Source of the DNA: an uncultured Bacilli bacterium
GTDB lineage: Bacteria > Bacillota_I > Bacilli_A > RFN20 > CAG-826
NCBI GenBank assembly: GCA_947625975.1
Contig: CANQQL010000004.1
Coordinates: forward strand, 1-46,103
Reading direction: 5' to 3'
DNA length: 46,103 nt
The notes beneath the pieces are model-generated. The model did not search any database. It saw nothing but the letters and a program-made list of their open reading frames with translations, and was not told where the DNA came from. Of the stretch, positions 9,170 to 19,884 are shown piece after piece (position 1 is the first letter of the stretch; each line of letters starts with the position of its first letter). The translations under genes were made by a program, and so were the position numbers.

Positions 9170-11881
9170 ATGAAAAACAAATTAGTAGCTACAAGTGTTA
9201 GAGAAATAAAGAATTCTTTTCCAAGGTTTTTGTCATTACTCATTATGAGTTTACTTGGATTGTTTTGTTTTGTGGGATTAAAGTCTACTGCTCCGGATAT
9301 GATTTATACTTTAGACAATTATTTAGATAAGCAAAATACCTATGATATAAGTTTAACATCACCCTTAGGATTCAATGAACAAAGTCTTGAAATATTAAAA
9401 TCCATTGCAGATATAAAAGATATAGAGGGCTTATATAGTAGTGATGTTTTAATAAAGAGTGATGATCACAAATTTGTTTTAAATATTGCAAATTTGCCGG
9501 AAAATATTAATAAATTAGAAATTCTTGACGGACGTTTGCCTACTTCCCCTGGTGAAATTGTTGTTGAGCAAGCTTTTATAGAAAAGAGTATTTACAAAAT
9601 CGGAGATACAATTTCATTTACTAGCAGTGATGTTGAAAATAATTTAAAAATTGTTGGGATAGTGAGAAGTCCACTTTATTTTGCCAGTGTTGAAGCAAGT
9701 AATAATCGGGGAACTAGTCAAATTGGGGCAGGGATTGTAAATTTTTATAGTTTTGCCCTTGATTCTTGTTTTAAAATGGATGGTTACTCTTCTATAGCAA
9801 TAACTATAAAAAACGCTAAAGAGTTGGAAACTAACTCCAATGAATATAATAATCTTATTGATGATACTATATTAAAATTAGATGAAACAACAAATACTAT
9901 AGCATTGCAAAGAAGAGATGAAATAGTTGAAAAGAGAGAAAAAGATCTTTCAGAAGCACGAAAACTATTGGATGATGGTAATTTAAAAATAGATGCAACA
10001 ATTAATTTTTTTAAAACACTTGGTGGAGATTTTTCTGAATTAACAAGAGATAATGTTTCAGATTTTATTGATAACTTAAAAGATACACCTAATTCCGAAA
10101 CTTTAATTAGTGCTCTTGAAGAAATTCAAAAGCAAATTGAAGAAATTAATAAACAAGAAATTATTTATCAAGATGGAATGCAAAATTTAAATAAAATCAA
10201 GAATTTAAGTGATAATGATTTTTTAAATAGCATTTACGCAACTAAAATATTAACGCGATTAGATTGGACAACCTATAAAGATTATATAACAGATACAGAA
10301 AGCGTTAATAATTTATCGCTTATTTTCCCTATTGTATTTTTTACCGTGGCTGTTTTAATAAGTTTGATTTCAATGAATAGAATGGTCGAAGATGATCGTG
10401 GATTAATAGGAACACTAAAGTCTTTGGGATTTAGTAATTATCATATAATGCTTAAGTATTTAATTTTTTCTCTTTTAGCTGTTTTTGTTGGGGGATTACT
10501 TGGTGCTGGATTAGGAATAATTATTTTACCAAATCTTATATTCAGCATTTATGGACTTCTCTTTGATTTACCATATTTTATTATTAAAGTTAACTATATT
10601 GCGACAATATTAGGATTTATGATTTCTGCAGTTTGCATATGTGGAACAACAATATTAACTTTACAAAAAGTATTGTATGAAAAACCATCAGCACTATTAA
10701 GACCTCGTGCTCCTAAAATCGGTAAAAAAATATTTTTAGAAAGATTTACAAAATTTTGGAGCAATCTTAAATTTTCCCAAAAAGTAACAATTCGTAATAT
10801 TTTTCGTTATAAAAAAAGGGTTTTAATAACAATTGGAGGAATAACTGGATGCACGGCTTTAATTCTCTGTGGTTTTGGTCTAAGAGACTCGATTGTGGAT
10901 ATTCCTCAAAAACAATATGAAAATGTCTTTCGCTATGATGCAATGACGTTTGTAAATCTCGATAATGAAGAAGAAAAAGATGCTCTTTTTAGTGATTTTG
11001 AGGAAATCAAAGAAGTTATCGCTTGCGAAACAATTAGTACTAAGGTTGATAAATATGATGTTTCTTTAGTTATACCTGAGAATATTGATAGCTTTAAAAA
11101 TGCCGTTAATTTTTCTTCTTTAGAAGGAGAGCATCTTGAGTTAGAGAAAAATAAAGTTATTATAAGTGACAAATTAGCGGAATTAACAAAACTTTCTAAA
11201 GGTGAAAAAATTACATTTTTAGATCAAAATAAAGAAAAACAATCTTTTGAGATATCTGGGATTATGGAAAATTATGCCCAACATTTTATTTTTATGGATC
11301 CAACCACATTTTTAGAGATGGATGGTGAATACAAAACAAATGTGATTTATTTAACATTTAATCGAGAGTTGGTAAAAGATTATGATGATTTAAACGAGAG
11401 ACTTATGAACCTTGATCAAGTAGTTAGTGTAACAATGATAGAAACTTTTATCGATATGGTAGATGATATGCTACAGTCATTAAATAAGGTTGTAATAATT
11501 CTCATAGTTCTTGCCTCTATTCTATCTTTTGTGGTTATGTATAATTTAAGCAATATCAATATTGCTGAAAGGAAAAGAGAGATTGCTACGTTAAAAGTTT
11601 TAGGATTTTACAATCGTGAAGTGGATAATTATATTACTAAAGAAAATATAATTTTAACTTTAATTGGTATGGCTTTAGGGTTAATTTTAGGATTATTTTT
11701 AACTAATTTTGTGGTAATGACAGTGGAAATCGAAAGCATTCGCTTTATTCATCAAATTTCGCCTTTTAGTTTTATTATATCGGGAGTAATCACAATTTTG
11801 TTTACTTATATTGTTAATTTTATTACACATTTTTCCTTAAAAAAAATTGATATGATAGAATCTTTAAAAAGTGTTGAATAA
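9170..11881 (+). CDS. FtsX-like ABC transporter permease (duplicated MacB-type)
   Basis: Two FtsX-type halves (MNRMVEDDRGLIGTLKSLGF; ERKREIATLKVLGF) with large extracellular loops. Confidence 0.92.
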   Translation: MKNKLVATSVREIKNSFPRFLSLLIMSLLGLFCFVGLKSTAPDMIYTLDNYLDKQNTYDISLTSPLGFNEQSLEILKSIADIKDIEGLYSSDVLIKSDDHKFVLNIANLPENINKLEILDGRLPTSPGEIVVEQAFIEKSIYKIGDTISFTSSDVENNLKIVGIVRSPLYFASVEASNNRGTSQIGAGIVNFYSFALDSCFKMDGYSSIAITIKNAKELETNSNEYNNLIDDTILKLDETTNTIALQRRDEIVEKREKDLSEARKLLDDGNLKIDATINFFKTLGGDFSELTRDNVSDFIDNLKDTPNSETLISALEEIQKQIEEINKQEIIYQDGMQNLNKIKNLSDNDFLNSIYATKILTRLDWTTYKDYITDTESVNNLSLIFPIVFFTVAVLISLISMNRMVEDDRGLIGTLKSLGFSNYHIMLKYLIFSLLAVFVGGLLGAGLGIIILPNLIFSIYGLLFDLPYFIIKVNYIATILGFMISAVCICGTTILTLQKVLYEKPSALLRPRAPKIGKKIFLERFTKFWSNLKFSQKVTIRNIFRYKKRVLITIGGITGCTALILCGFGLRDSIVDIPQKQYENVFRYDAMTFVNLDNEEEKDALFSDFEEIKEVIACETISTKVDKYDVSLVIPENIDSFKNAVNFSSLEGEHLELEKNKVIISDKLAELTKLSKGEKITFLDQNKEKQSFEISGIMENYAQHFIFMDPTTFLEMDGEYKTNVIYLTFNRELVKDYDDLNERLMNLDQVVSVTMIETFIDMVDDMLQSLNKVVIILIVLASILSFVVMYNLSNINIAERKREIATLKVLGFYNREVDNYITKENIILTLIGMALGLILGLFLTNFVVMTVEIESIRFIHQISPFSFIISGVITILFTYIVNFITHFSLKKIDMIESLKSVE

Positions 11882-11935
11882 AAGAAACGGCTTTCACGTT
11901 TTAAGTTGATATAAAAGTTATGTTATAATAAAAAT

Positions 11936-13042
11936 ATGATAGCATTTAAAGATTTTTTTAGATTATGTAACGAGCACCCTTGGGCATACATTGCTCTACT
12001 TATCAACTTTGGCGTTGTATTTGTAAATGGCTATACTGATGGACCAAGTGCAATTGCAACATCTGTCACTACCAGAGCAATTAAACCACGTTTAGCTTTT
12101 CTTATGTGTGCATTTTTTAACCTGCTAGGTGCACTTACAATAGGAATTTTTTCTAGTGCAATTTCACAATTTGCTGGTGGTGATGTTTCACGTACAATTG
12201 CTAACCTTGTCTCTTGGGGAAATGCAAGCACAGATGAAGTGTTATGCGCGATTGCCTGTGGACTTTTAGCAATAATTATTGTTTCGCAAATATGTACACA
12301 TCTTGGGCTTCCATCCAGTGAATCAAACTCATTAATAGGTGGTATAACCGGTGCAGGAGTCGCAATTATTTTATTAGGTGGAGGAGGCTCAATTGGCGTT
12401 GGACCATGGTTAAAAGTCGGCTTGGGTTTTGTGGGATCTTTAGGTGTTGGCTTTCTTCTTGGCTTTGGCTTTGTCAAGCTTATTCAAGTGATATGTCGAA
12501 AAATGAATAAGGCAAAAACAACGAAATTTTTTAATAAAGGACAGATTGTTTCTAGTGCTTTAATGAGTTATGCCCATGGTATTCAGGATGGTGGCAAGTT
12601 TATAGGTATAATTATCTTGATAACATCAACCCTCATTTCCAGCGATAGTGGTTTAGGAACATCAGAGATTGTTCCAATGTTATCAGGTATTTGGTGGATA
12701 TATCTTCCGGTAAGTTTGATTTTATTTGCAGGTTCTGCAGTCGGAGGAATACAAATATTAAACACTATTGGGAAGGGAATGGCTAATCTTAAAAAATATC
12801 AGGCTTTTGCCACAGATATTGCTGCAAGTATAGGCCTGATTCTTGCTTCTTTGTTTGGCTTACCATTATCGACAGGATCAATTAAAAATGCTGCAATTAT
12901 GGGTGGAGGATCTGCGAGATCATTCCGCCGAGTAAGATGGAAAAAAGCCGGAGAAGTTATTTTGTGGGGAGCATTGGCATTTCCAATATCTGCTTTAGTG
13001 GGATTTTTAGCAACGTTAATATTTATTTGGACAGTTAAGTAG
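11936..13042 (+). CDS. inorganic phosphate transporter (PiT family)
   Basis: NGYTDGPSAIAT and AHGIQDG signature repeats, GLPSSES. Confidence 0.88.
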   Translation: MIAFKDFFRLCNEHPWAYIALLINFGVVFVNGYTDGPSAIATSVTTRAIKPRLAFLMCAFFNLLGALTIGIFSSAISQFAGGDVSRTIANLVSWGNASTDEVLCAIACGLLAIIIVSQICTHLGLPSSESNSLIGGITGAGVAIILLGGGGSIGVGPWLKVGLGFVGSLGVGFLLGFGFVKLIQVICRKMNKAKTTKFFNKGQIVSSALMSYAHGIQDGGKFIGIIILITSTLISSDSGLGTSEIVPMLSGIWWIYLPVSLILFAGSAVGGIQILNTIGKGMANLKKYQAFATDIAASIGLILASLFGLPLSTGSIKNAAIMGGGSARSFRRVRWKKAGEVILWGALAFPISALVGFLATLIFIWTVK

Positions 13043-13053
13043 GAGGAGATATT

Positions 13054-13686
13054 ATGTTTAAATCAAAAAAGAAAAAATCAAACTATTATTTTGATGCCTT
13101 TCCTGTTTTGGCACATTTTTCAGTTGAATGCGGAGAAATGATTTTAAATTTTATGGAGAACTTTGAACATGAAAAATTAGTTGAATTTAAAACAGCAGTC
13201 CATGAAATCGAGCATAAAGCAGATGAACATAAACATGAAGTGACAAATAAATTGTTAACGGAGTTTATGACTCCTATTGATCGCGAAGACATTTTTGAGT
13301 TACTAAAATTAATTGATGAAGTGACTGATGCTATTGAAGAAATATCATTAAAATTATATCTTTATGACTATAAAGAATTACCGGTAAATACCATTGAATT
13401 TATGAAAGTTACCCTTGAATGTGTAAAAGAAACAGAAAATTGTTTGAGAAATTTTAATGAGTATTTAAATTATAAAACTTATCATCCTTTAGTAAATAAA
13501 GTAGTGCATTTAGAAGAAGAAAGTGATGCTATATATATTGAAAATACGCATAATTTATATTTAAAAGAGAGTGATGCATTAAAGATACATAAAGCTGAAA
13601 CTATATATACTCTTTTAGAAGAAGTATCCGATCGTTGCCGAGAAGTATGCAGGTTTGTACAAAACATTGCGTTTAAAAATATTTAG
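13054..13686 (+). CDS. DUF47 (PhoU-like) phosphate transport regulator
   Basis: EHKADEHKH, FMTPIDREDI, LEEESD motifs; adjacent to pit. Confidence 0.9.
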   Translation: MFKSKKKKSNYYFDAFPVLAHFSVECGEMILNFMENFEHEKLVEFKTAVHEIEHKADEHKHEVTNKLLTEFMTPIDREDIFELLKLIDEVTDAIEEISLKLYLYDYKELPVNTIEFMKVTLECVKETENCLRNFNEYLNYKTYHPLVNKVVHLEEESDAIYIENTHNLYLKESDALKIHKAETIYTLLEEVSDRCREVCRFVQNIAFKNI

Positions 13687-13727
13687 TTATCAAATAATGA
13701 AAAATATTTAGCAAATTTTAAAAAGTA

Positions 13728-13756
13728 TTGATAAATTTTTTAATCTATTGTAAAAT
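13728..13756 (+). promoter_or_regulatory. tracrRNA promoter
   Basis: TTGATA, 17 bp spacer, TAAAAT. Confidence 0.7.
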
Positions 13757-13762
13757 CATTAC

Positions 13763-13862
13763 GTAGAAGATAACACTACATTTGTTCAAATAAGCTTTAG
13801 CTACAAGGCTCGTAAGAGTGACCATTGTGTCTTAATTAGTCCAAATGAAATTTGGACTTTTT
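13763..13862 (+). ncRNA. tracrRNA
   Basis: Anti-repeat TAGAAGATAACACTAC-ATTTG-TTCAAAT (13764-13791) pairs with repeat GTTTGAG-A-GTAGTGTTATCTTTTA with the typical bulge; followed by a GCTC-GTAA-GAGT hairpin and terminator AGTCCAAAT-GAA-ATTTGGACT-TTTT. Confidence 0.9.
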
Positions 13863-13913
13863 ATTTCGCGTATTTTTGGTATAATTTACTTAAAGTGAAA
13901 AGAGGGCATAGTT

Positions 13914-16900
13914 ATGAATGATTATTATATTGGCTTAGATGTCGGTTCAGATTCTGTTGGTTGGGCAGTTACCGATGAAAATTACAATCTAAAGCGCCTT
14001 AAAGGAAAAACTGCATGGGGTGCAAGACTTTTTTCTGGTGCAACAGATGCAAAAAAAAGAAGAATGTTTCGTACTTCAAAAAGAAGAATGGCTAGAAGGA
14101 GATATAGAATTCATTTAATAAATGAAATTTTCGCTAATCATCTGCGTGAAGTTGACGAATACTTTTTGATAAGGCTTGCTGAGTCCCAATTGCTTTTAAG
14201 CGATAAGAAAAATAAAATGCCCTTTTATCTTTTGGGTTCAAAAGAGCAAGATAGGGCATATTATAAGAAATATCCAACTATTTGGCACCTAAGAAGCGCT
14301 CTTGTTCATGGAGAGGAAGACGCTTATAAAGATTTACGACTCGTTTATTTAGCTATACATCACATAATCAAATATCGTGGTAACTTTTTAATTGATGGGA
14401 AGTTTGAACGTAAATTCGATACGGACCGGCTTAAAGATTTAAATAGAATTTTTGAAAATATTATTATTGATGGTGATGAAACTTATGATGAATCCTTTGA
14501 ACTTTTTACTAGTGATTCTTATTTAGAAGTATTAAATATTCTTCAAGACGAAAAATTAAATACATCAGATAGGAAAAAACAGTTAAAAAAAATTGCAAAT
14601 AGCAAAGAAGAAATTTCAAATTATGTAGATTTATTTATTACATTAGTTAGTGGTGGATCTTTTGCTTCAACAAAAATCTTTAAAGAAGATGAAAAAATAG
14701 ATATTAAATTTGATTCTTCATATGATGAAAATGAAGATAAGATTAAAACACTTTTTGGACCATATTTCGAAATAATTGAAATAGCGAAAGCCTTGTATGA
14801 TTATGTTTATTTAAATAAATTGATTGGTACGTATGATTATTTATCTGATGCATTCAAAAATGTTTATGATGTACATCGCAAAGAACTTCATTTATTAAAG
14901 GGATTTTTAATTGATATTGATCGATTTCATGGTTTGAAATCCACAGACAAAGAAAGCTTATTTTATAAAGTGTTCCGCGATAAGGATAGCAAAGATAACA
15001 ATAATTATGTTTCTTATATTCGTGCTTCAAATTTAGAGAAATCAAGAGCAAGCATTCATGATTTTAATAAATTTTTGTATACATATTTAAATGAAGAAAA
15101 AGATTTATTTTTAGAGAATACTGAATATAAGCAATTGTTAGAACTTGCTAACAAAGGTGAATTGTTGCAAATTATCGCTAATGTTTCTAATAGTACAATA
15201 CCACATCAACTGCATGAACAAGAATTAAATGCAATTCTGGATAATGCGGAAAAATATTTTCCTTTCTTAAAAGCGGAAAAAGAAAAAATTTTAACTATAT
15301 TTAGATTTAAAGTACCTTATTTTTATGGGCCATTAGATAATAGATCAAAGTATTCAAATGTAGTAAGGAAAAATAATGAAAAGATTTATCCATGGAATAT
15401 AGACAATATTATTGATAAAGATAAAACCAGAAGCCGATTTATGGAAAATTTAACTAATGAATGTACTATACTGAATGGCGAAACAGTTTTACCGGCCGCA
15501 TCAATTTTATATATGGACTATATAATTTTTGATCGTTTAAATCGTATTATAATTAATGGCGATTTAATTACCCAAGAGATTAAACTAGATTTGTTTAATA
15601 ATCTCATATCTAAAAGAGCAAAAACTACGGTAAATAATATTAAAAAATATTTAAAAGACAAATATGATATTTATCGAACAGATGACGTTTCAATTTCCGG
15701 TTTAAATCCTAATGATTCTTTTAATGCTACGAGTAGATTTATATTATCAAAGTGTTATGATATTGATGGTAAAGATTTTGATATCGTAGAAGATATAATT
15801 TTTGCTTTAACAATTTATACTGATAACAAAAAAGATGCACTCGAATATATTAAGAAAAATTATAATTTGACCGATGAGCAAGAAAAAACAATTATGTCTT
15901 TAAATTGTAAAGGATGGGGCACTTTTTCACGTAAATTTTTGAATTTAAGATCAGTCGATAATAATGGCGAAATTCACAATTCAATTATTGAATTACTGCA
16001 TGATACAACGCTCAATCTTAACAAGATACTATTTAGTAACAAATACAATTTTGAAGAACTGATTAATCAACACAATCGGGAATTTATGGGATTAAGAACT
16101 AATAAAGATATTGCTAATGAACTTATAGAAAAGATACCTCCTCTAATGCGTAGAAGTACGATTCAAACAATGCGTATAGTAGAAGAGATTACAAAAATCT
16201 CAAAGTGTGCACCTAAAAAGATTTTAATTGAAGTTACGCGTGAAAACGATATAAGAAAAAAAGGAAAGCAAACAGATTCCAGAAAACTAGAGTTACGTAA
16301 ATTTTTAGAATCATTTTTAGCTGAAAAAAATGAAAATGCTGAAAATTTACTAAAAGAACTTGAAAGTATATCATTAGATAAATTAAGAGCTAAAAGTCTT
16401 TATTTATATTTCAAGCAATTAGGATTAGATATTTATACGGGGGAAAAAATCAAGATTGAAGATGTTTTTGACAGCACAAAATATGATATTGACCATATCG
16501 TTCCTCAATCATTAATAAAAGACGATTCCATTGATAATACAGTTTTAACTAGTAAGCATATTAATGAAGTGGTTAAAAAGGATTTATATCCTTTACCAGA
16601 AAACATAAGATGCACTAAAAAAGTTATGGCATTATGGACGATGCTTCATAAAAAGAAAGCAATTAGTGATAAAAAGTTTAATGCTTTGGTGCGCAAAACA
16701 GAAATTACTGAAGCGGAATTAGCAGACTTTATAAATCGACAAATTAATGTTGTAAATCAATCGAATAAAATTCTTAAAGATGTATTTGAAGTATTATATC
16801 CTAATACAAAAATAATATTTTCAAAAGCCCAGTACCCAGCACATATTAGACAAGAACTTGATATACCAAAAGTTCGTGATCTCAATGATACACACCATGC

Positions 16901-17975
16901 GATTGATGCATACTTAAATATAGTTGCAGGCGATATCTTAATAACAAAATTTGGTAATATGCGGTTAATAAAAGCTAAAGAAAAAAATGATAAAATTTCA
17001 TTTAATTTAGATCGAGAACTTGAGAGGAAATTATTAATAAAAGATAAGGATAATAAAGTTATTGATTATACTAATTTAGGAAAATTAGTTTATAATACTT
17101 GCTTTAGGCATGACTTTTTACTTACCTATAGAAATACTTATCAAGATGATGCTTTTTATAAGCAAACAATTTTTAAGAAAAATTCAACCGGTTTAATTCC
17201 TTTGCATACTAAAAATCCACAAATGGACACCGAAAAGTATGGTGGTTATAAAAGTTTAAGTACTAAATATTTAGTAATTGCAACAAAAACGAATCATAAA
17301 AACAATACTATTTCAAAGGTTTTAGTTAGAGTTCCCGCGCTCTATGTTGCCTTATATAAAAATGAAGAGGAATTGAAAAATAAATTATTAGAACAATTAG
17401 AATTAAAAAAATATGAAACTGCTGAAATTAATTTAAAAATTAAAATTTGCAACGATCAAAAAGTTTTTGTTTGTGGTAGTAATTATTTATTATGTTCTAA
17501 TAATGAGTTTCAGATATCATTAAAACCTTTTTCGCCAATATTTTTAAGTGTAGATTCGTATAAGTATTTAAAAAAGATAGAGAAATATCGAGATGTTTGT
17601 AAGAATAGCACTGAAGATGTAATTAAAATCCAAACAGATAAAAATGCTACGAAGTTTGTTGAAATTTCAAAAAAAGGCAATCTAAAAATAGTTGAAGAAC
17701 TAATCAATATAGCTACAATGAAAAAATATGACTATTGCACAATAATTTGCCGGTTGCGCACTTATGACATAGAAGAATTCAAAGTAAAAACAATTTATAA
17801 TCAAATAGGAGAAATACTTGAAATGATAAAAGTATTTGGGAGAAATCAAAGCACTGCAAATTTAGAGATTGTAAAATCAACTTTTAGAAAAGCTATGAAT
17901 TGTTTTTTAGAAGATGAAGTTTATTTAATTGATGACTCAATTACCGGATTATACTCTAGAAAGATAAGATTATAA
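13914..17975 (+). CDS. cas9: type II-A CRISPR endonuclease Cas9
   Basis: RuvC-I YIGLDVGSDSVGWAV, Arg-rich bridge helix, YPTIWHLR, HHIIKYRGNFL, RuvC-II IEVTRE, HNH DIDHIVPQS..DDSIDNTVL, RuvC-III HHAIDAY. Confidence 0.98.
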   Translation: MNDYYIGLDVGSDSVGWAVTDENYNLKRLKGKTAWGARLFSGATDAKKRRMFRTSKRRMARRRYRIHLINEIFANHLREVDEYFLIRLAESQLLLSDKKNKMPFYLLGSKEQDRAYYKKYPTIWHLRSALVHGEEDAYKDLRLVYLAIHHIIKYRGNFLIDGKFERKFDTDRLKDLNRIFENIIIDGDETYDESFELFTSDSYLEVLNILQDEKLNTSDRKKQLKKIANSKEEISNYVDLFITLVSGGSFASTKIFKEDEKIDIKFDSSYDENEDKIKTLFGPYFEIIEIAKALYDYVYLNKLIGTYDYLSDAFKNVYDVHRKELHLLKGFLIDIDRFHGLKSTDKESLFYKVFRDKDSKDNNNYVSYIRASNLEKSRASIHDFNKFLYTYLNEEKDLFLENTEYKQLLELANKGELLQIIANVSNSTIPHQLHEQELNAILDNAEKYFPFLKAEKEKILTIFRFKVPYFYGPLDNRSKYSNVVRKNNEKIYPWNIDNIIDKDKTRSRFMENLTNECTILNGETVLPAASILYMDYIIFDRLNRIIINGDLITQEIKLDLFNNLISKRAKTTVNNIKKYLKDKYDIYRTDDVSISGLNPNDSFNATSRFILSKCYDIDGKDFDIVEDIIFALTIYTDNKKDALEYIKKNYNLTDEQEKTIMSLNCKGWGTFSRKFLNLRSVDNNGEIHNSIIELLHDTTLNLNKILFSNKYNFEELINQHNREFMGLRTNKDIANELIEKIPPLMRRSTIQTMRIVEEITKISKCAPKKILIEVTRENDIRKKGKQTDSRKLELRKFLESFLAEKNENAENLLKELESISLDKLRAKSLYLYFKQLGLDIYTGEKIKIEDVFDSTKYDIDHIVPQSLIKDDSIDNTVLTSKHINEVVKKDLYPLPENIRCTKKVMALWTMLHKKKAISDKKFNALVRKTEITEAELADFINRQINVVNQSNKILKDVFEVLYPNTKIIFSKAQYPAHIRQELDIPKVRDLNDTHHAIDAYLNIVAGDILITKFGNMRLIKAKEKNDKISFNLDRELERKLLIKDKDNKVIDYTNLGKLVYNTCFRHDFLLTYRNTYQDDAFYKQTIFKKNSTGLIPLHTKNPQMDTEKYGGYKSLSTKYLVIATKTNHKNNTISKVLVRVPALYVALYKNEEELKNKLLEQLELKKYETAEINLKIKICNDQKVFVCGSNYLLCSNNEFQISLKPFSPIFLSVDSYKYLKKIEKYRDVCKNSTEDVIKIQTDKNATKFVEISKKGNLKIVEELINIATMKKYDYCTIICRLRTYDIEEFKVKTIYNQIGEILEMIKVFGRNQSTANLEIVKSTFRKAMNCFLEDEVYLIDDSITGLYSRKIRL

Positions 17976-18850
17976 TGGCATTTCGCACAATTGTTATTGA
18001 TACCCATTCTAAAATCGAATATTCGCTTAACTATTTGGTTTTTCGGACGGTTGATGAAATAAAAAGAATTCATCTTGATGAAATTCATACAGTAATATTT
18101 CAGTCAACGGCAGTAAGTGTTACAACCAGTATTTTGGTTGAGCTCATTAAAAGAAAAATTAAAGTAATTTTTTGTGATGAAAGAAAAAATCCATTATCAG
18201 AATTAGTACCTTACTATGGATCTCATAATACTTCGAAAAGAATTAGTGAACAAATCAAATGGTCAGAGAATTTAAAAGGATTAGTGTGGCAAAAAATAGT
18301 AAAAGAAAAAATCTTAAACCAATCTATAACATTAGAATTAGAAAAGAAAATAAGTGCAGCTCAGCAACTGAAACAATATTTTAATGAAGTTGAATTTGAT
18401 GACATAACCAATAGAGAAGGTCATGCGGCGAAAGTATACTTTAATAACATTTTTTATGAGGGATTTACACGAAATGACTCGAGTTTTTGTAATGCTTGTC
18501 TCGATTATGGTTATACAATTTTATTATCACAAATAAATCGTGCGGTAGTTGCTGCAGGTTATATTACACAAATAGGCATTCATCATCGTGGCGAATTTAA
18601 TGAATTTAATTTATCTTCTGATTTAATTGAACCATTTAGATTTTTAGTGGATGAAGAGGCCTTAATATTAAATAGCAATGATGATTTTAAAGAAAGAATG
18701 ATAAAAATTTTATCAAAAAGTGTACTTATTGATGGAAAATTGCAAAGTGTTACTAATGCATTAAATATTTATGTTTTAAGTGTTTTTAATGCTCTTGAAT
18801 CAAATAATATAAATAATATTAAGTTTATATCTCATAATGGAAACATCTAG
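17975..18850 (+). CDS. cas1: CRISPR-associated integrase Cas1 (type II)
   Basis: NREGHAAKVYF, LDYGY, GIHH, NLSSDLIEPFR. Confidence 0.97.
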   Translation: MAFRTIVIDTHSKIEYSLNYLVFRTVDEIKRIHLDEIHTVIFQSTAVSVTTSILVELIKRKIKVIFCDERKNPLSELVPYYGSHNTSKRISEQIKWSENLKGLVWQKIVKEKILNQSITLELEKKISAAQQLKQYFNEVEFDDITNREGHAAKVYFNNIFYEGFTRNDSSFCNACLDYGYTILLSQINRAVVAAGYITQIGIHHRGEFNEFNLSSDLIEPFRFLVDEEALILNSNDDFKERMIKILSKSVLIDGKLQSVTNALNIYVLSVFNALESNNINNIKFISHNGNI

Positions 18851-19160
18851 ATTTATGCGAATGATATTATTTTTTGATTTACCATCGGTTAGTAAATCGG
18901 AACACAAAGAGTATTCTAAATTTATAAAAATGATAAAGTCTAAAGGTTTTTGCATGATGCAAGAAAGTGTTTATACAAAACTAGCATTAAATGAATCTGT
19001 TGTTATTTCGACAATGAGAGATATAAAAAGCAAATTGCCTAAAGATGGAATTATTTCAGTTTTAACAATTACTGAAAAACAGTTTTCTTCAATTGAGCAC
19101 ATTCTAGGCTCTATTAATACCGATGTCATTATTAATGAGGATAAAATAATTGTACTATGA
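18837..19160 (+). CDS. cas2: CRISPR-associated Cas2
   Basis: FMRMILFFDLP, MMQESVY, ITEKQF. Confidence 0.97.
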   Translation: METSRFMRMILFFDLPSVSKSEHKEYSKFIKMIKSKGFCMMQESVYTKLALNESVVISTMRDIKSKLPKDGIISVLTITEKQFSSIEHILGSINTDVIINEDKIIVL

Positions 19161-19834
19161 GATATTTGAGATTTTCTTTTTTAGATGAAGATATAAATAT
19201 AGATTCGGCAGAATTTATAGATCTTGTTATTGAAAATAAAAAATTGAAATATGAGTTTTTAAAATACTGTTATTTTTGTTTTAATGGAAATACAAATTTT
19301 ATAGTTTTGCAATGCGGAAGTGAAATACAAAACAATGAAAAATTAATATTTTTTGTTTGTAACTTGTTTGATTTGGATTTAAATACAAAAAAGAATATAA
19401 ATAGTTTATATAAAATACTTAAATTAAAATATTATGATGAATTAAAGGATGAAATTTTAAACTTAACAAATAAAACAAAGCAATTAATTGAAGATATATC
19501 ACTTGATTTTGATATGCCTTTATATTCTAATTCGGAGATAAAAGAAGAAGATATTTTTAGGGCATTTGACTTAAGATTTTTAGACGATGACAGTTTATCT
19601 CTTAAAGAAAGGATTATTAAATATTGTACCTTAATTTATGAACTCCAAAAAATTGATATTTTTATTTTTAAGGACTTACATCAATATTTGAGTGAAGAAG
19701 ATATTGAGTCATTATTTTATGAATTAAAATATTTAAGAATAAAAATTATTAATGTAGAATCGAATAATAATTTTACATTTAATAGTTACTCTAAAAAAAT
19801 TATTATTGATGAAACATTGTGTTTAATTAAATAA
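19157..19834 (+). CDS. csn2: type II-A CRISPR-associated Csn2
   Basis: Position after cas2, 225 aa, DLNTKK and C-terminal IIDETLC. Confidence 0.88.
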   Translation: MRYLRFSFLDEDINIDSAEFIDLVIENKKLKYEFLKYCYFCFNGNTNFIVLQCGSEIQNNEKLIFFVCNLFDLDLNTKKNINSLYKILKLKYYDELKDEILNLTNKTKQLIEDISLDFDMPLYSNSEIKEEDIFRAFDLRFLDDDSLSLKERIIKYCTLIYELQKIDIFIFKDLHQYLSEEDIESLFYELKYLRIKIINVESNNNFTFNSYSKKIIIDETLCLIK

Positions 19835-19884
19835 GTATATAAAATAATATCGTAAAAGTAACTCTACAAAACCTTATATTTGAG
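19835..19884 (+). promoter_or_regulatory. CRISPR leader ending in ATTTGAG leader-anchoring sequence
   Basis: AT-rich 50 bp ending ...TATATTTGAG directly before the first repeat, matching the conserved type II-A leader end. Confidence 0.8.
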
